Origin: Epithemia pelagica | Lineage: Eukaryota > Protista > Bacillariophyta | NCBI GenBank assembly: GCA_946965045.2 | Contig: OX337231.1 | Span: forward strand, 744,001 to 808,000 | Length of the DNA: 64,000 bases | Direction of reading: 5' to 3' | Shown: piece after piece, positions 21,220 to 31,877 of the stretch | Numbering within the stretch: the first letter of the stretch is position 1 | How the letters are laid out: each line of letters starts with the position of its first letter | The notes under the pieces: model-generated | What the model saw: only the letters and a program-made list of their open reading frames with translations | What the model was told of the DNA's origin: nothing | The model's database searches: none | Position numbers and translations under genes: made by a program

Positions 21220-22218
21220 GCTGTTGCGACTGTTGTTGTTGTTGTTTGTTTGGAGTCCTTGTTGTGGGAGACTGTGTAATTGTTCCAGTTGTGGTGTTGG
21301 TTGACGATTGAAAAAGTATAGTCTCGACGCGACACAGATACCCAGCACAAACAATGCGAGAGAGAGAGACTGGATGACACTTTGGAATTGGAACAGGGTA
21401 TGGTTTGCCAAACAAGATCTGCGATGTGGTTTGTGTGTGTGTTTCAAAAATGATTTGGAGAGATGTGTATTTGTTTTTGGGAAAGAGAGAGAGAGAGGAT
21501 GGCAATCCATAATCCATACATCCATCATGATGGCAGCACGCGTGCGCAAAGACACAACCAACCAACAAATGCCGTCACAACGACATGCTTCCCATAAGAT
21601 GCTGTCTAAATAAACGTTCCATCTACTCAAGCTAAAGATAAGACTGGATCGCGTGCACGCCGGGGGATGGTTAACCTCGAGGGTCAACCGATGTCTCATC
21701 ACAAAACACCAGTTTCATTCGTCACAGTTCGTCACGGAGAACTCGGTGAGAACACAATCTGTGTCAAGATACACACAGAATACGCCAAGTGTAGCTACAC
21801 AAGAGAGATACAAGGAATAGTAAAAGCCCACTGCTACTCCTAGGTATCTGTGTGATGCGTCGATCGCAAGGTGTGGATTCGAATCAAACACTTATGCGCG
21901 CTCAACAGAGCAAGTCAAAAATGTCAACCCGCACAAACGCGCTGCTGGTCTCGGTCGGATGTGCCAGATTGTGGAATGGCAGACCAGTCACTCACCCAAT
22001 AGCAACCGTAACAAAACAACGGTTGAGCACTGACATTGGGATTCGGGGTGGTTTACTATCCAATAAGATTCTATTGTGGAACAGAAGAACACGAACCACG
22101 CTTAAATCATTCCATTCCTCACCATTGCTGTCGCACTGTATTGCACCAGACCACCAAAAACAATCAGATCTGTTGCGCCTGATGATGGATTGCAAAGCAG
22201 CTTGGACTGCCCGTGTCG

Positions 22219-23724
22219 TTACTGGGAGGCCGGCCAATAGGGTTTCGAAATAGCTTCGTAGACGTTGACCATGCCATGTGTTTTCACTCCTTGTTTCCAC
22301 ACATCTCCATCCGGATAAAAGGACCAGATCCAGGAATCGTCGGGAGGCATTGTCGTTTCACCATAGACATCCTTCCATCGCAACAACATACCACCTAATA
22401 CATTGTAATCTCGAAGCCGAGTCTCCACTTCCTTGTATCGTCTTGGACGGAATGGTGGCGACGAATGACTTACAGCGGTCCAAAAGTTGTTTCGTGGAAA
22501 CAGGGCCCACTTCAGCACCGTGTCGGTACCGTCCGGTTCGACAAGGGGAGCTGTCGCATTGAGACGATCATAATGGATTCAATCTCGGATATCTGGATCG
22601 GTGGACATGTCACAGGGGCGCACGGTAGGATGAGAGCCCACCCATGCTTCCATGGAATGACGCGATTGACCCATTAGCATACGATTGATGGACACCAGGA
22701 GACGACCTTGATTCACCATTGGTAGATACACATGGTTCACCAAGTGATCCATCCGCTGACGAAACGACGATGGTCGCATCAATTGTCGAATGTAATCGCA
22801 ACGAGCTGTCCAAAAGTTGCCGGGTACATGATTCCAGGGAAGAGGAGCCCAAAACAAACCACACACGTTGCATCCTGTCAGTGTTTTGTTCTTCTTGTTG
22901 CTTTCCAAAAACGAAACCGAAGAAGAAGGGGAAGAGGAGTTCGACAAGTTACGACAGTGAGGATGGAGGGCAGCTGCGGTACCGTGTCGTCGCCACGCAT
23001 CTTGGCGTACAACTTTCTTTTTCACGCGATCAAACCGACCTTCAGGATGGAAGGAACCCTTGTTGTGTATATAGGCCACATTGGTAGTGTCATTTTCACC
23101 AATTGCCATGCAATGATCGTATAATTCATCGAGCGTAACTTCTTCAAAGCCGTTGGAGACATGCTTAATGTGATGACATTCAAGATTGGAGTATTTCGCA
23201 CAAGCTTGTTCAACCAAATTGGCTGTCGTGTCATTACTCAAAACGAGCGGCAAATGCCCAATTGTGACATACTTGAGCACCAGCGGTTCCTTGGCGGCCG
23301 ATCGAGCGACTTGATGGACTTGTTCGCGCATGGCATCCAAAACTCTTCCTGCGTGATCCAGATCGGAGGGAAGATAGAGATTCCAAAAAACAGTAAAAGG
23401 GGATGAAGGTGACGACGATGGTATATGTTCCGCCTCAACTGTCGAAGAATTTCCGTTGGAGTACGACAACGCATTGCTCTCATTTTTATTCTTGTGCTGG
23501 TGGTGCAGCACCTGCAAGATCAAATCCATGCCACTGTGCGACGATTGTCCACCATTTGTCGTGTTCCCCCAGGGATAGAAATTAACCACAAGCACAAACT
23601 GTCCAATCAAAACAATGAGCAGTAAGAGCTTCCAGCCACAGGATGTTCGATACCGACAAGTCTGGCGGATGGTCGACTTGTGGCGGTGCTTCAGATTGTG
23701 CGTGCTGTTGTTATTGTTGTTCAT
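22219..23724 (-). pseudogene. Uncharacterised type II membrane protein, paralogue 2, with a premature stop
   Basis: Colinear with 14549-16069; TGA at 22579-22581 where paralogue 1 has TGG (DIRDW); the frame continues to the same YWPASQ* end. Confidence 0.85.
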
Positions 23725-24013
23725 GGTGAAGTGGAATCAAGATAAAACAAGAACGCATTTGCAGTCCTATTGCCAGTGGTTCTCGCCGCCGCGTTTTGTC
23801 TTTGCTGACCTCTTTTCGAAAAAGGGGCGCGATACATGGTCCACTCCCCAGATGTGGTGGTTCCCAGAATATAAAGGCAAAAATGTAGGGGAAAAGTACC
23901 ACTGATCAGCAGGGAGTGATGAAGCGTATTCGGGGGAGAAGGAAGACCGGAAAATTACACCCCCGAATAACAGTTGCCTCAACCCCATTTTACTCTGTTG
24001 GTTCTAGAACACC

Positions 24014-25384
24014 ATGGTGGAACACGTTCCATTTCGTGTCGGCAATACGTGCAAGGAGATTCCGCATCGTCTGGCTAGGCTTAGTCGCAATGGACGACAT
24101 CGATTGATTCATGAATGGGAATTATATGTCGAGATTTTGCCCGATCAAGGCGGTGATCCCGATGTGATTGCCAGTGTGATTTTTGATTTGGGAACAAGCT
24201 TTTATCCACAATCCTATGTGTGTACCTGTCCCGTTCCGGCGGCCAATGGAGCCTGGCGCTTTGTGACGAAACAACAAAGTTATGGATTTCCCAACGCTAC
24301 CATTACGGTCCGTGGACGTGGTGGTACAAGATACGATACGACCTACGTCGTGGAAGCTTATCATGCAGAGGAAACGGTTGTTCATACCTTGGAAGAAGCG
24401 CGTACCTTACGCCCCTGGACCTATGTCAAACTCGCCGAATCTCAAAAATTTGGCATTGAATTGGAACTTAGTTCGTCCTTACAGACCGAACCACGTCATG
24501 TCGCCGACTGGTTGACTGCTCACGCTGGTGTCGGCCCGGTCCTGGTCCTGGTGGACCAGTATGGTGCCGGTCGTTCCACTCGACCGGAATGGAAATTGGT
24601 CCCCGATGCCAGTATTGCCTGTAGTCCCTCGCAACCCGATTGCCACAAGTTTGAACTGGTATCGCCCATTTTACAAGGTGGCGAAGGCCTGTCACAAGTC
24701 CATCGCGTCCTCAAGGCCTTGCAAGACGTCTCGATCAAGGTGAACAAATCCATGGGCTTTCATGTTCACATGGATGTGGAGCAATTGTCCTTGGCCGAAC
24801 TCATCAAGGTATGTCAAAATTTTGTCAAGTACGAAGACGTGATGGATTCCTTTTTGCCTCCTTCGCGTCGGACGGGCAGTGACGAATCCAATCAGTACTT
24901 TCAAAGCAATCGTCAATCGGTCGGACGATCCAGCAACAAGGACCGTCACACTCGCATTGCACACTGCCATTCTCTCGTGGCCTTGGCCCATGTCATGAAT
25001 GGCACTCATACCAAGTATTACAAGTTGAATTTGCAATATTTAAAATCCGGTCGACAACCCACCTTGGAATTTCGACAACATTCCGCCACGGTCCAATACG
25101 ACAAGGTCAATGCCTGGATTCGCTTTTGCAGTGCCTTGGTTTTGAATTCCGCCCGTTTGGCGTCACCTCGATGCTTTGCCCGCCACGACAAACCCTTGGA
25201 AGATCAGTTTGATTGCTTGTTTCACTATGTCATTAAGGACCGTGGCTTGCGAGAGTTTTATCGCGAACGACAAGAACAAGTGGAGACTAACACCAGTTCT
25301 GGGGATGCTGCTTATCATGAATGTGACGAATGTGCTCAAACGGGTGGTACCTGTTGTGCCAACGCCGCCAAGCGATTGCAGTAG
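24014..25384 (+). CDS. YEATS-like domain fused to a putative amidoligase (Amidoligase_2, COOH-NH2 ligase fold)
   Basis: N-terminus FRVGNT...HEWELYV...IASVIFDLGTSFYP...FVTKQQSYG (YEATS pattern); then KFGIELEL, WKLVPDASI, FELVSPILQG, VNKSMGFHVH, YYKLNL, TLEFRQH (amidoligase motifs). Confidence 0.8.
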   Translation: MVEHVPFRVGNTCKEIPHRLARLSRNGRHRLIHEWELYVEILPDQGGDPDVIASVIFDLGTSFYPQSYVCTCPVPAANGAWRFVTKQQSYGFPNATITVRGRGGTRYDTTYVVEAYHAEETVVHTLEEARTLRPWTYVKLAESQKFGIELELSSSLQTEPRHVADWLTAHAGVGPVLVLVDQYGAGRSTRPEWKLVPDASIACSPSQPDCHKFELVSPILQGGEGLSQVHRVLKALQDVSIKVNKSMGFHVHMDVEQLSLAELIKVCQNFVKYEDVMDSFLPPSRRTGSDESNQYFQSNRQSVGRSSNKDRHTRIAHCHSLVALAHVMNGTHTKYYKLNLQYLKSGRQPTLEFRQHSATVQYDKVNAWIRFCSALVLNSARLASPRCFARHDKPLEDQFDCLFHYVIKDRGLREFYRERQEQVETNTSSGDAAYHECDECAQTGGTCCANAAKRLQ

Positions 25385-25849
25385 AGGGCAACACTCGACA
25401 AGGGTGATAGACCTGTTGACATGGGTTCATTGATTTGGGTCATGTCTTGGCTAGCGCTCCATGTCTCATTGGGGTTGTATAGATATATAGTGAGAATGGT
25501 ATACATACAAACAATTCCAGCTACTTGATATTTTACTATATATAAAAAGGACAAAAACGTTGTTGTTGTTGTCGTCGTCGTCGTTTTCCCCTTTCGAGTG
25601 ACTGTACACCGTCGCGGTTCCACAACCACTTTTGGCAATCGAGTGGATCCTGTCGGCAGTACGTTTTCTACTTTTGGTTGCATGCATCATGCACGTAAAG
25701 TATACATACTAATAGAGAGAGGTAGAACAATAGGTGGTTGCCACCATTGGCATGCAAACAAGTATATGTAAATACACAAGAAGAACACAAAAACCATGGA
25801 ATGCAGAGAAACCAGCAAACTACCACCACCCTTTTCCTCTCACAGGAGC

Positions 25850-27565
25850 TTAACACACGAGCGTGGCTTCGGTACCGGCCGTGGTGGGAATGGACCGAAC
25901 TTCGACATAGTTTCGATTGGCACGATTGGTCCACCAAGATGCGTTCCATCGCAAGGTCCCGCGACTCCACTTGTAAATACAATCCGCCACCCATCCCGCC
26001 AAGGCACCATAGTGTGTCTTTTTGGTTCCCAACACGACAATGGCCGTCAAGAGTGCCACCGCCATGCGATCTTTCAAATCAACCGGCGACGATGGATCCG
26101 AGGGTGGCGTTTGTGGTGGTGGTGATGGTTGAAGACTGTCTTCTTCCGGTGAGGCTGTGGAGGATACTGAAGTGGCATTGCTTCCACTGCGAGCTCGATT
26201 GGCACACCCTCCAGTTGTTGTTGTTGTCGTTTGGTTCACCAACGACAAGCGGAGACCGGTCGACGCCAATTCATGTCCAGCCATGGTCAACATGACGCCC
26301 AAAATGGAGACGGGAAAGGCATCGAGCATGTGCATAACCGCGGCCCCCAACGTGAGGGCCAAGATCATTTTGAGACTGCCCAAAAAGACAATGGCGGCAC
26401 CATGACGAGCGCCCAATTGATGTTGTCCGGCCAAACCACCGGCACCATGACAATTGGGCAACCCTCCCAAGGGACAGGCCAACAAATTCATGATTCCCAC
26501 CGAAAAGGCCACTTCGCGACGACTCAGTACACTGTCTAGGGACTCGCCCGCCATGCCTTCTTGAGCCTCGGCGTCACCGTCATCCTCAGGCTGTCGTTTT
26601 TCGGGAAACAAGGTATGGGCCAAGGCACAAACGGAAATGACCGAATTGAGTGTCGTCAAGGGCAATTGCGGAATGGCACCTTCCCAAAATCCCACCATCC
26701 AATCCTTGAAGGAAATGTCAAACAAGGTCCACGTCAAGACGGGTTCCCAGGCCCATCCCTCCTCGTCATCAGCTTGGTCGACGGAGGACGACGACGCAAC
26801 GCCTTGCAGGGCAAATTTGAACAAGCCCAGTGCACCGGCCACAAGCAAGAGATACAAGCCCACGGGCGACGGCAATCGTGTGGTCGACGATCCTCCTCCA
26901 TCTCGGGCGGCGGCCGCAAGGGGCCGCAATCCATAAATGGTTCCCACGGCGGCCACGAGGGCCATGAGGATACAATCGGGATCGCTCACCACGGGCAATT
27001 CCAAGAGTTTGCCAATGCCATGAATGGCCAAGGACATGCCGACACCGAGTTGCATCCCGGCCACGACCGATTTGGGGACAATCCGATTGACCCATTCAAT
27101 GCCATTGGTGGATCCCAAGGCGACCATGAATCCACCCATCCACATGCCCGCAGCCGTAACTTGATGGCGACTCAAGCCTTGGGCAATGGCCAAGGCCGAA
27201 ATCGTTTTCATGGGTTGGACGGGCATGGGAACATCCCACAAGAAGCCCGTCAAGACATTGGACAACCCGGCCAAGAAGAGGGCGGGGGCCACATAAATGG
27301 AGCGTTGTCGTCCCAAGGCGACAAAGAGAGGAATAAAGGTTCCCAAATCCCCCGCACTCCCCGACAATTCGTGCAGAGACAATTGAGACCACAACACCTT
27401 GGCACGATGAAACAAATTCGTCTCAGTGTCATTGTGTCCATGGCTGCTGTTATTATTGTCAATGGTACCATTGTGAAGAGGATGATGAATCGGAGACACG
27501 GACCGGTCCGTTCGAGTTTCGAGTGGCACTGCAGAGAGATTCGACCAAGGTGGAATGAGGAGCAC
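25850..27565 (-). CDS. Molybdate transporter, MOT1/MOT2 family
   Basis: ELSGSAGDLGTFIP, PMPVQPMKTI, QLPLTTLNSVI, CHGAGGLAGQHQLGAR; multiple hydrophobic helices. Confidence 0.9.
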   Translation of the reverse strand: MLLIPPWSNLSAVPLETRTDRSVSPIHHPLHNGTIDNNNSSHGHNDTETNLFHRAKVLWSQLSLHELSGSAGDLGTFIPLFVALGRQRSIYVAPALFLAGLSNVLTGFLWDVPMPVQPMKTISALAIAQGLSRHQVTAAGMWMGGFMVALGSTNGIEWVNRIVPKSVVAGMQLGVGMSLAIHGIGKLLELPVVSDPDCILMALVAAVGTIYGLRPLAAAARDGGGSSTTRLPSPVGLYLLLVAGALGLFKFALQGVASSSSVDQADDEEGWAWEPVLTWTLFDISFKDWMVGFWEGAIPQLPLTTLNSVISVCALAHTLFPEKRQPEDDGDAEAQEGMAGESLDSVLSRREVAFSVGIMNLLACPLGGLPNCHGAGGLAGQHQLGARHGAAIVFLGSLKMILALTLGAAVMHMLDAFPVSILGVMLTMAGHELASTGLRLSLVNQTTTTTTGGCANRARSGSNATSVSSTASPEEDSLQPSPPPQTPPSDPSSPVDLKDRMAVALLTAIVVLGTKKTHYGALAGWVADCIYKWSRGTLRWNASWWTNRANRNYVEVRSIPTTAGTEATLVC

Positions 27566-28575
27566 AAACCATCAGTTCCATGTGAGTCAACCGTTGGTTC
27601 ACAACAAAGTGGCTTCGATATGACTTTGGAAAGCAGCAAACGACTCACCTGATTCGTTCATTGTGTTTAAAGTGTTCGAAGCTCAAGCAGAATTCTTTTT
27701 TCTTCTTCTTCTTCTCTGCAGAACCACACAACACAAAACCTTTGGTGTGAGACCCGAGAAGACAATTCAAGAGCAACAACTAACAGCAACAAACAACCAC
27801 CACCACCACGACACACGCGTGTCGTCGTCTTTTTTTTTCAGAAACAAAAAAAGTGCCATTGGCGAGATCATGGTCAACACTGTCCCCACACAAACTCCCG
27901 TGTTCCAACTCTTGTCGTCGTTCCCTTTTGGAAGTCCAACGTGTGTCGGAGCATGGAAGCGGGGAACAGCTCGACCGTCAGAAGACCGTCGTGAAATGGA
28001 ATGGGAATGGGTTTCATCATGATGATTGGTGGTCGAGACGAAATGGGTGTGATGTGGTGTGGTGTGGTGTGGTACTTTGGGCTCTCCCATTGCTCCGTTC
28101 TACCTACCTCGTCGTTCCGAGTGGTGCTGCTGTTGAGAGTTTGTGGACGACTCTTGGTAGTTGTTGTTGTTGTGGTTTCTTGTGGACGACAATTCGTTTT
28201 CCTGGTGCGTCCAATACTCTGGAATCCATTCGACGTCTTGTTGTTGTGGTTGTCGTGGTGCCGGTACACGCCAATCCAACACGTTTGTGGGTCGGCGAAA
28301 CAGAAGAATAAAAGGATGATGGGTCGACGTTGCTCGCCCTCCGTGTTCGTGTTGCCGTGTTGTGTATATTGTTTGGTTTGGAGTTTGGACGGACCACGAC
28401 AGGCCACAAAAAGATTGTTCCGATGCCACAGAACAACACGAAGAGCGACCACGCACAAAATTCTGAAGAGATGCGAGTTCGCGTTTTTCGTCATGATCCC
28501 CCGAATCTGGGTTTTGGGGTTTGGGGGGAACGCCACGTGTGTGGTAAGCGCGACCGCCTTGTCAGTCCCCGAATA

Positions 28576-31500
28576 AGGGCTGGGGATACCGATCCATCGG
28601 AACTCGGAGGCATCGGACTTCGCACATTATCAGTCGAGAGAGGCATTGCTCAAGTTTATCACTTTCTTGCTTGCATTCGGTCAGAGGGCGTGCAACATCA
28701 GCTAGCCAAAATCATGGTGTCTTGGGGTCAATTCCTTGCGGGCACGGGAGTTCCTATTTTAGAAGACATTCATACATTGCTTCCACACATGGACCCAATG
28801 CAATGGCTACCTCAAATGCGATCCTTTTTGTCAACCGTGGATTGCCGCGTGGAATTGGAACAGACATTCGTACCTGATTTACAAAGAGAACATGATGCAT
28901 ATTTGATGGATTTGGCTCTTACATATACATCATCACCAACTGATCTAAAGCTGATCAACGCTTGTCGCATCTACCTTGGTGTGACTTTTGTCAGCGATGT
29001 GGCCACTCCAGAAGGATCTTCATTAACTCGAGCAGCTTATGATGGACGCATGGATGTCCTGACTCAACATCGAGGTCTAATCCCCTATCAACGCCGACCA
29101 GGGCCTAAATCATGGACTAAGTGGCGCAAATTCCTTACAAGTCTCCTTTGTTCGACACAACAGCGACGCCTGATTCAACCATTGGGGAAATGGTTTTTTG
29201 GGGGATCATCAACATTTCGCAATTGGCTCTCATATCTAGATTGCCCCTCGTCTCGGCTCTTTGTCTCTGCCCCGAACGGTCAATGGCTCGAATACCGTTA
29301 TCAAGGCATGGTATTTCTACCTACAACGATACTTTATTACTCGGTTCCGTCTACTGCAACCCCAGCACAAACGCTTACTACTGGTCCTGCCAAGATTCTT
29401 TCATCTAGCCATTACGTGCTTCCCCGTCCGCTACCACCAATTCCAAATACTCTCGCAGACCATCTACAACAATTGGCACCTTGGGAACGGTCCCTGTGTT
29501 CTCAGTGCACCTTATTGTGCTCGATTGAAGACTTATCTGTTTTTCTACATTCTCTTTCACCTCTCCTGGTTAGCAGCGACGGTTCTGCTGGATCTTTTGT
29601 TGGTAAATTTGGATGTGTGTGTGCCACTGAGAACGGTCAGCGGCTCTTTCGGATCAACGGCCCCGCGCCGGGTTACAAAACGTCTTCGTTTCGTGCGGAG
29701 AGTTATGCCTTCCTCGCAATTCTCCGATTCTTGATTCAATCTTGTCAATTCTTGAGCTGCTCTCTCCCATCAGCTCTCCAAATGTTCACTGATTCAGAGA
29801 GTCTGGTGAAGACAATTCAGAAACGGTTGGAATGGCTCGTCGAGTTCCCCTACTCCACGATGACCACAGACTGGGATCTTCAGCAATGCATCTCTCGGTC
29901 GTTGCGTAAGTTTGAACAGCTTCCTCACATTTGCCATGTCAGGGGACATCAGGACAAATATCAGGCATATTCAACGCTGCCTTTACCGGCACAGCTAAAT
30001 GTTGATGCAGATCATGCTGCAGCGAAGTTTGTGTATACACAACAAGTATCTTCGTGCCTTGCACCCATTACAGAAGGCTGTCATGCTCTGGTACATGGGG
30101 CTAACGGGACTATCACTTCTAATTTTCGCGCTACTTTACGTCGGCTCGCTACTTTCGAGAATCTCCGTCAATACCATTGCACCAAGTATGACTGGTCAGA
30201 ATCTGTTTTCGAGTCAGTGGATTGGTTAGCTCATAGCCGTGCTATCAACTCTCACTTTTCCCGTCGTCACTTTCTGTTGAAATTTATCCATGATTGGCTT
30301 CCTTTGGGGTACCAGAAGTCTCGCTACGCTGATTTTTACTCTGATACTTGCCCCCTTTGTTCTACCACTCTCGAGACTCGGTCTCATTTTCTTCAATGTT
30401 CCAACCGGGACTGGTTTGGCAATTTGGCAGACGACCTTCGGTCCAAATGGCATGACCTTGAGGTTGATCCTCTTATCCGAACCCTACTGATGGAATTTTT
30501 CCTCTCCTATATCTCACAAACCACTCCATCTTTCCCGACTGTACCACATGCTTATCATCACGCAATTCTCTCCCAATTGGCCATCGGACATGAACAAGTC
30601 TTCCTTGGACACTTCTCTTCGCACTGGGCTAAGCTCCAGGATCAATACTTGCAATCCACTTCTCTCTCCCCCACATTTTTCTCTGGCACTCGGATCATCA
30701 CCGCCACCATCAATACTATTTGGCTCCACATTCTTGCTCTCTGGACTCGTGGTAATCACGATCTTCATGGAGACTCTCGTGAAACTATCGAGACTGCTGC
30801 GTATGCTCAGGCTAAGCGTGAGGTTGTCGCTTTATATGCTCTCAAATCCCAAGTTCACCCCCACGATATCATTCTCTTCTATGACACACCCGAACTCCAT
30901 TTCTCCATCGATACCACCTCACTCGCTCTTCGCAACTGGCTCAACACATGGCGACCTGTTATACTTCGGTCTGCTTCTTCCCCGTGATTTCTTACATTTT
31001 TCAGTACTGTTAGTCCTCGCCTAGACTCCTAGGCCAGGCGCGTCGGTCGACGGCACCCTAGCGGGTCCGCGCGGCAGCGTTAAAATAGACTGTACCTTTT
31101 TTTTTTGGCTGGGGATACCGATCCATGTACATCTAAGGGGGCTCAGTACAAAAGCTACGTAGAGTACATAAAATCACATAGTACACGTCACGCCGGAAAT
31201 GGTCGGAATTTCAAAAACATGCAAAAACGCTCGACAATGATGGCGAGATCCGGTGACGCCGTATGCATTCACCCATGCATCGCATAAACATCCAACCACC
31301 GTAAGTCCTTTGCTTTTTCCTTTGAAATTGTTGTCTGAAATTACAGAAGATTTGCCAAGTTGGCTGAAAAGGTACGCTCATTTTTCTGCAGTGATGAAAT
31401 CGAACGACCGCCCTAACTCATTCATTTTTCAAGGGTGCCTGAATCAAAGTGAAAGCAAAGTTGCTCTAGTAGTAAAGATTCTTATTGTAGAAGTGATTCA

Positions 31501-31709
31501 GGCAGGCTCAATTGTTCAGGAAGTTATTGCCATGGGGGTGATGCCTTCCACCATTGTCGAGCGATGGCTTCCAATTTGCATTGTTTCTCGTGGCAGCAAG
31601 TTTTCAATTTGAGACCATCCGCCCCACTTGTTACACTGATGAAAATAGTACTACGTACCTTAATGTACTGACCCTACTTAGATGTACATGGATCGGTATC
31701 CCCAGCCCT
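28576..31709. mobile_element. MITE (~605 bp without the insert), 33-bp perfect TIRs, TA target duplication, interrupted by a LINE
   Basis: Left TIR rebuilt from 28576-28597 + 31127-31137 (agggctggggataccgatccatgtacatctaag) is the exact reverse complement of 31677-31709; TA at 28574-28575 and 31710-31711; no internal ORF of note. Confidence 0.85.
28598..31106 (+). mobile_element. 5'-truncated non-LTR retrotransposon (RNase H-bearing, Ambal-like) with 20-bp TSD
   Basis: TSD ggctggggataccgatccat at 28578-28597 and 31107-31126; ORF to 30987 with ELGGIG (post-RT), VSSDGS...SSFRAE...FTDSES...HVRGHQD...NVDAD (RNase H) and CPLC...ETRSHFLQC (zinc knuckle); T10 tail 31097-31106. Confidence 0.85.
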
Positions 31710-31877
31710 TACCTCGCGCGCATGGCCGAGTCGGGCTGCAGTCGTTTCACACGTGCGCCATGTTCCGACAAGACTATGGCCCCCAAAAGATACCCGACCA
31801 AACAAAATGTGAGAGCACACAATGCCATGATTATTTACTCCTATGATTTTACTACGGGTCCAAGTCCAAACTGAACG

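Noticed and set aside
21220-21702. N-terminal 160 aa of the listed GILT ORF
   Set aside because: Low-complexity, UTR-like sequence; ATG 21219 precedes the hydrophobic anchor and is the better start.
22579-22581. In-frame TGA in paralogue 2 as selenocysteine
   Set aside because: Aligns to Trp (TGG/DIRDW) in paralogue 1, not to Cys; the third copy has a TAG at a different Trp; I saw no SECIS-like structure downstream.
20329-27565. GILT, amidoligase and molybdate transporter as a functional redox/metal cluster
   Set aside because: No shared regulatory signal is visible; neighbourhood alone is weak evidence in a gene-dense eukaryotic genome. GILT here has an ordinary CxxC, not Sec.
27660-28597. 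Several 100-220 aa ORFs, and the first 89 codons of ORF 28330-30987
   Set aside because: Low-complexity ORFs without motifs; the part of the long ORF upstream of 28598 lies outside the LINE TSD and is chance read-through.
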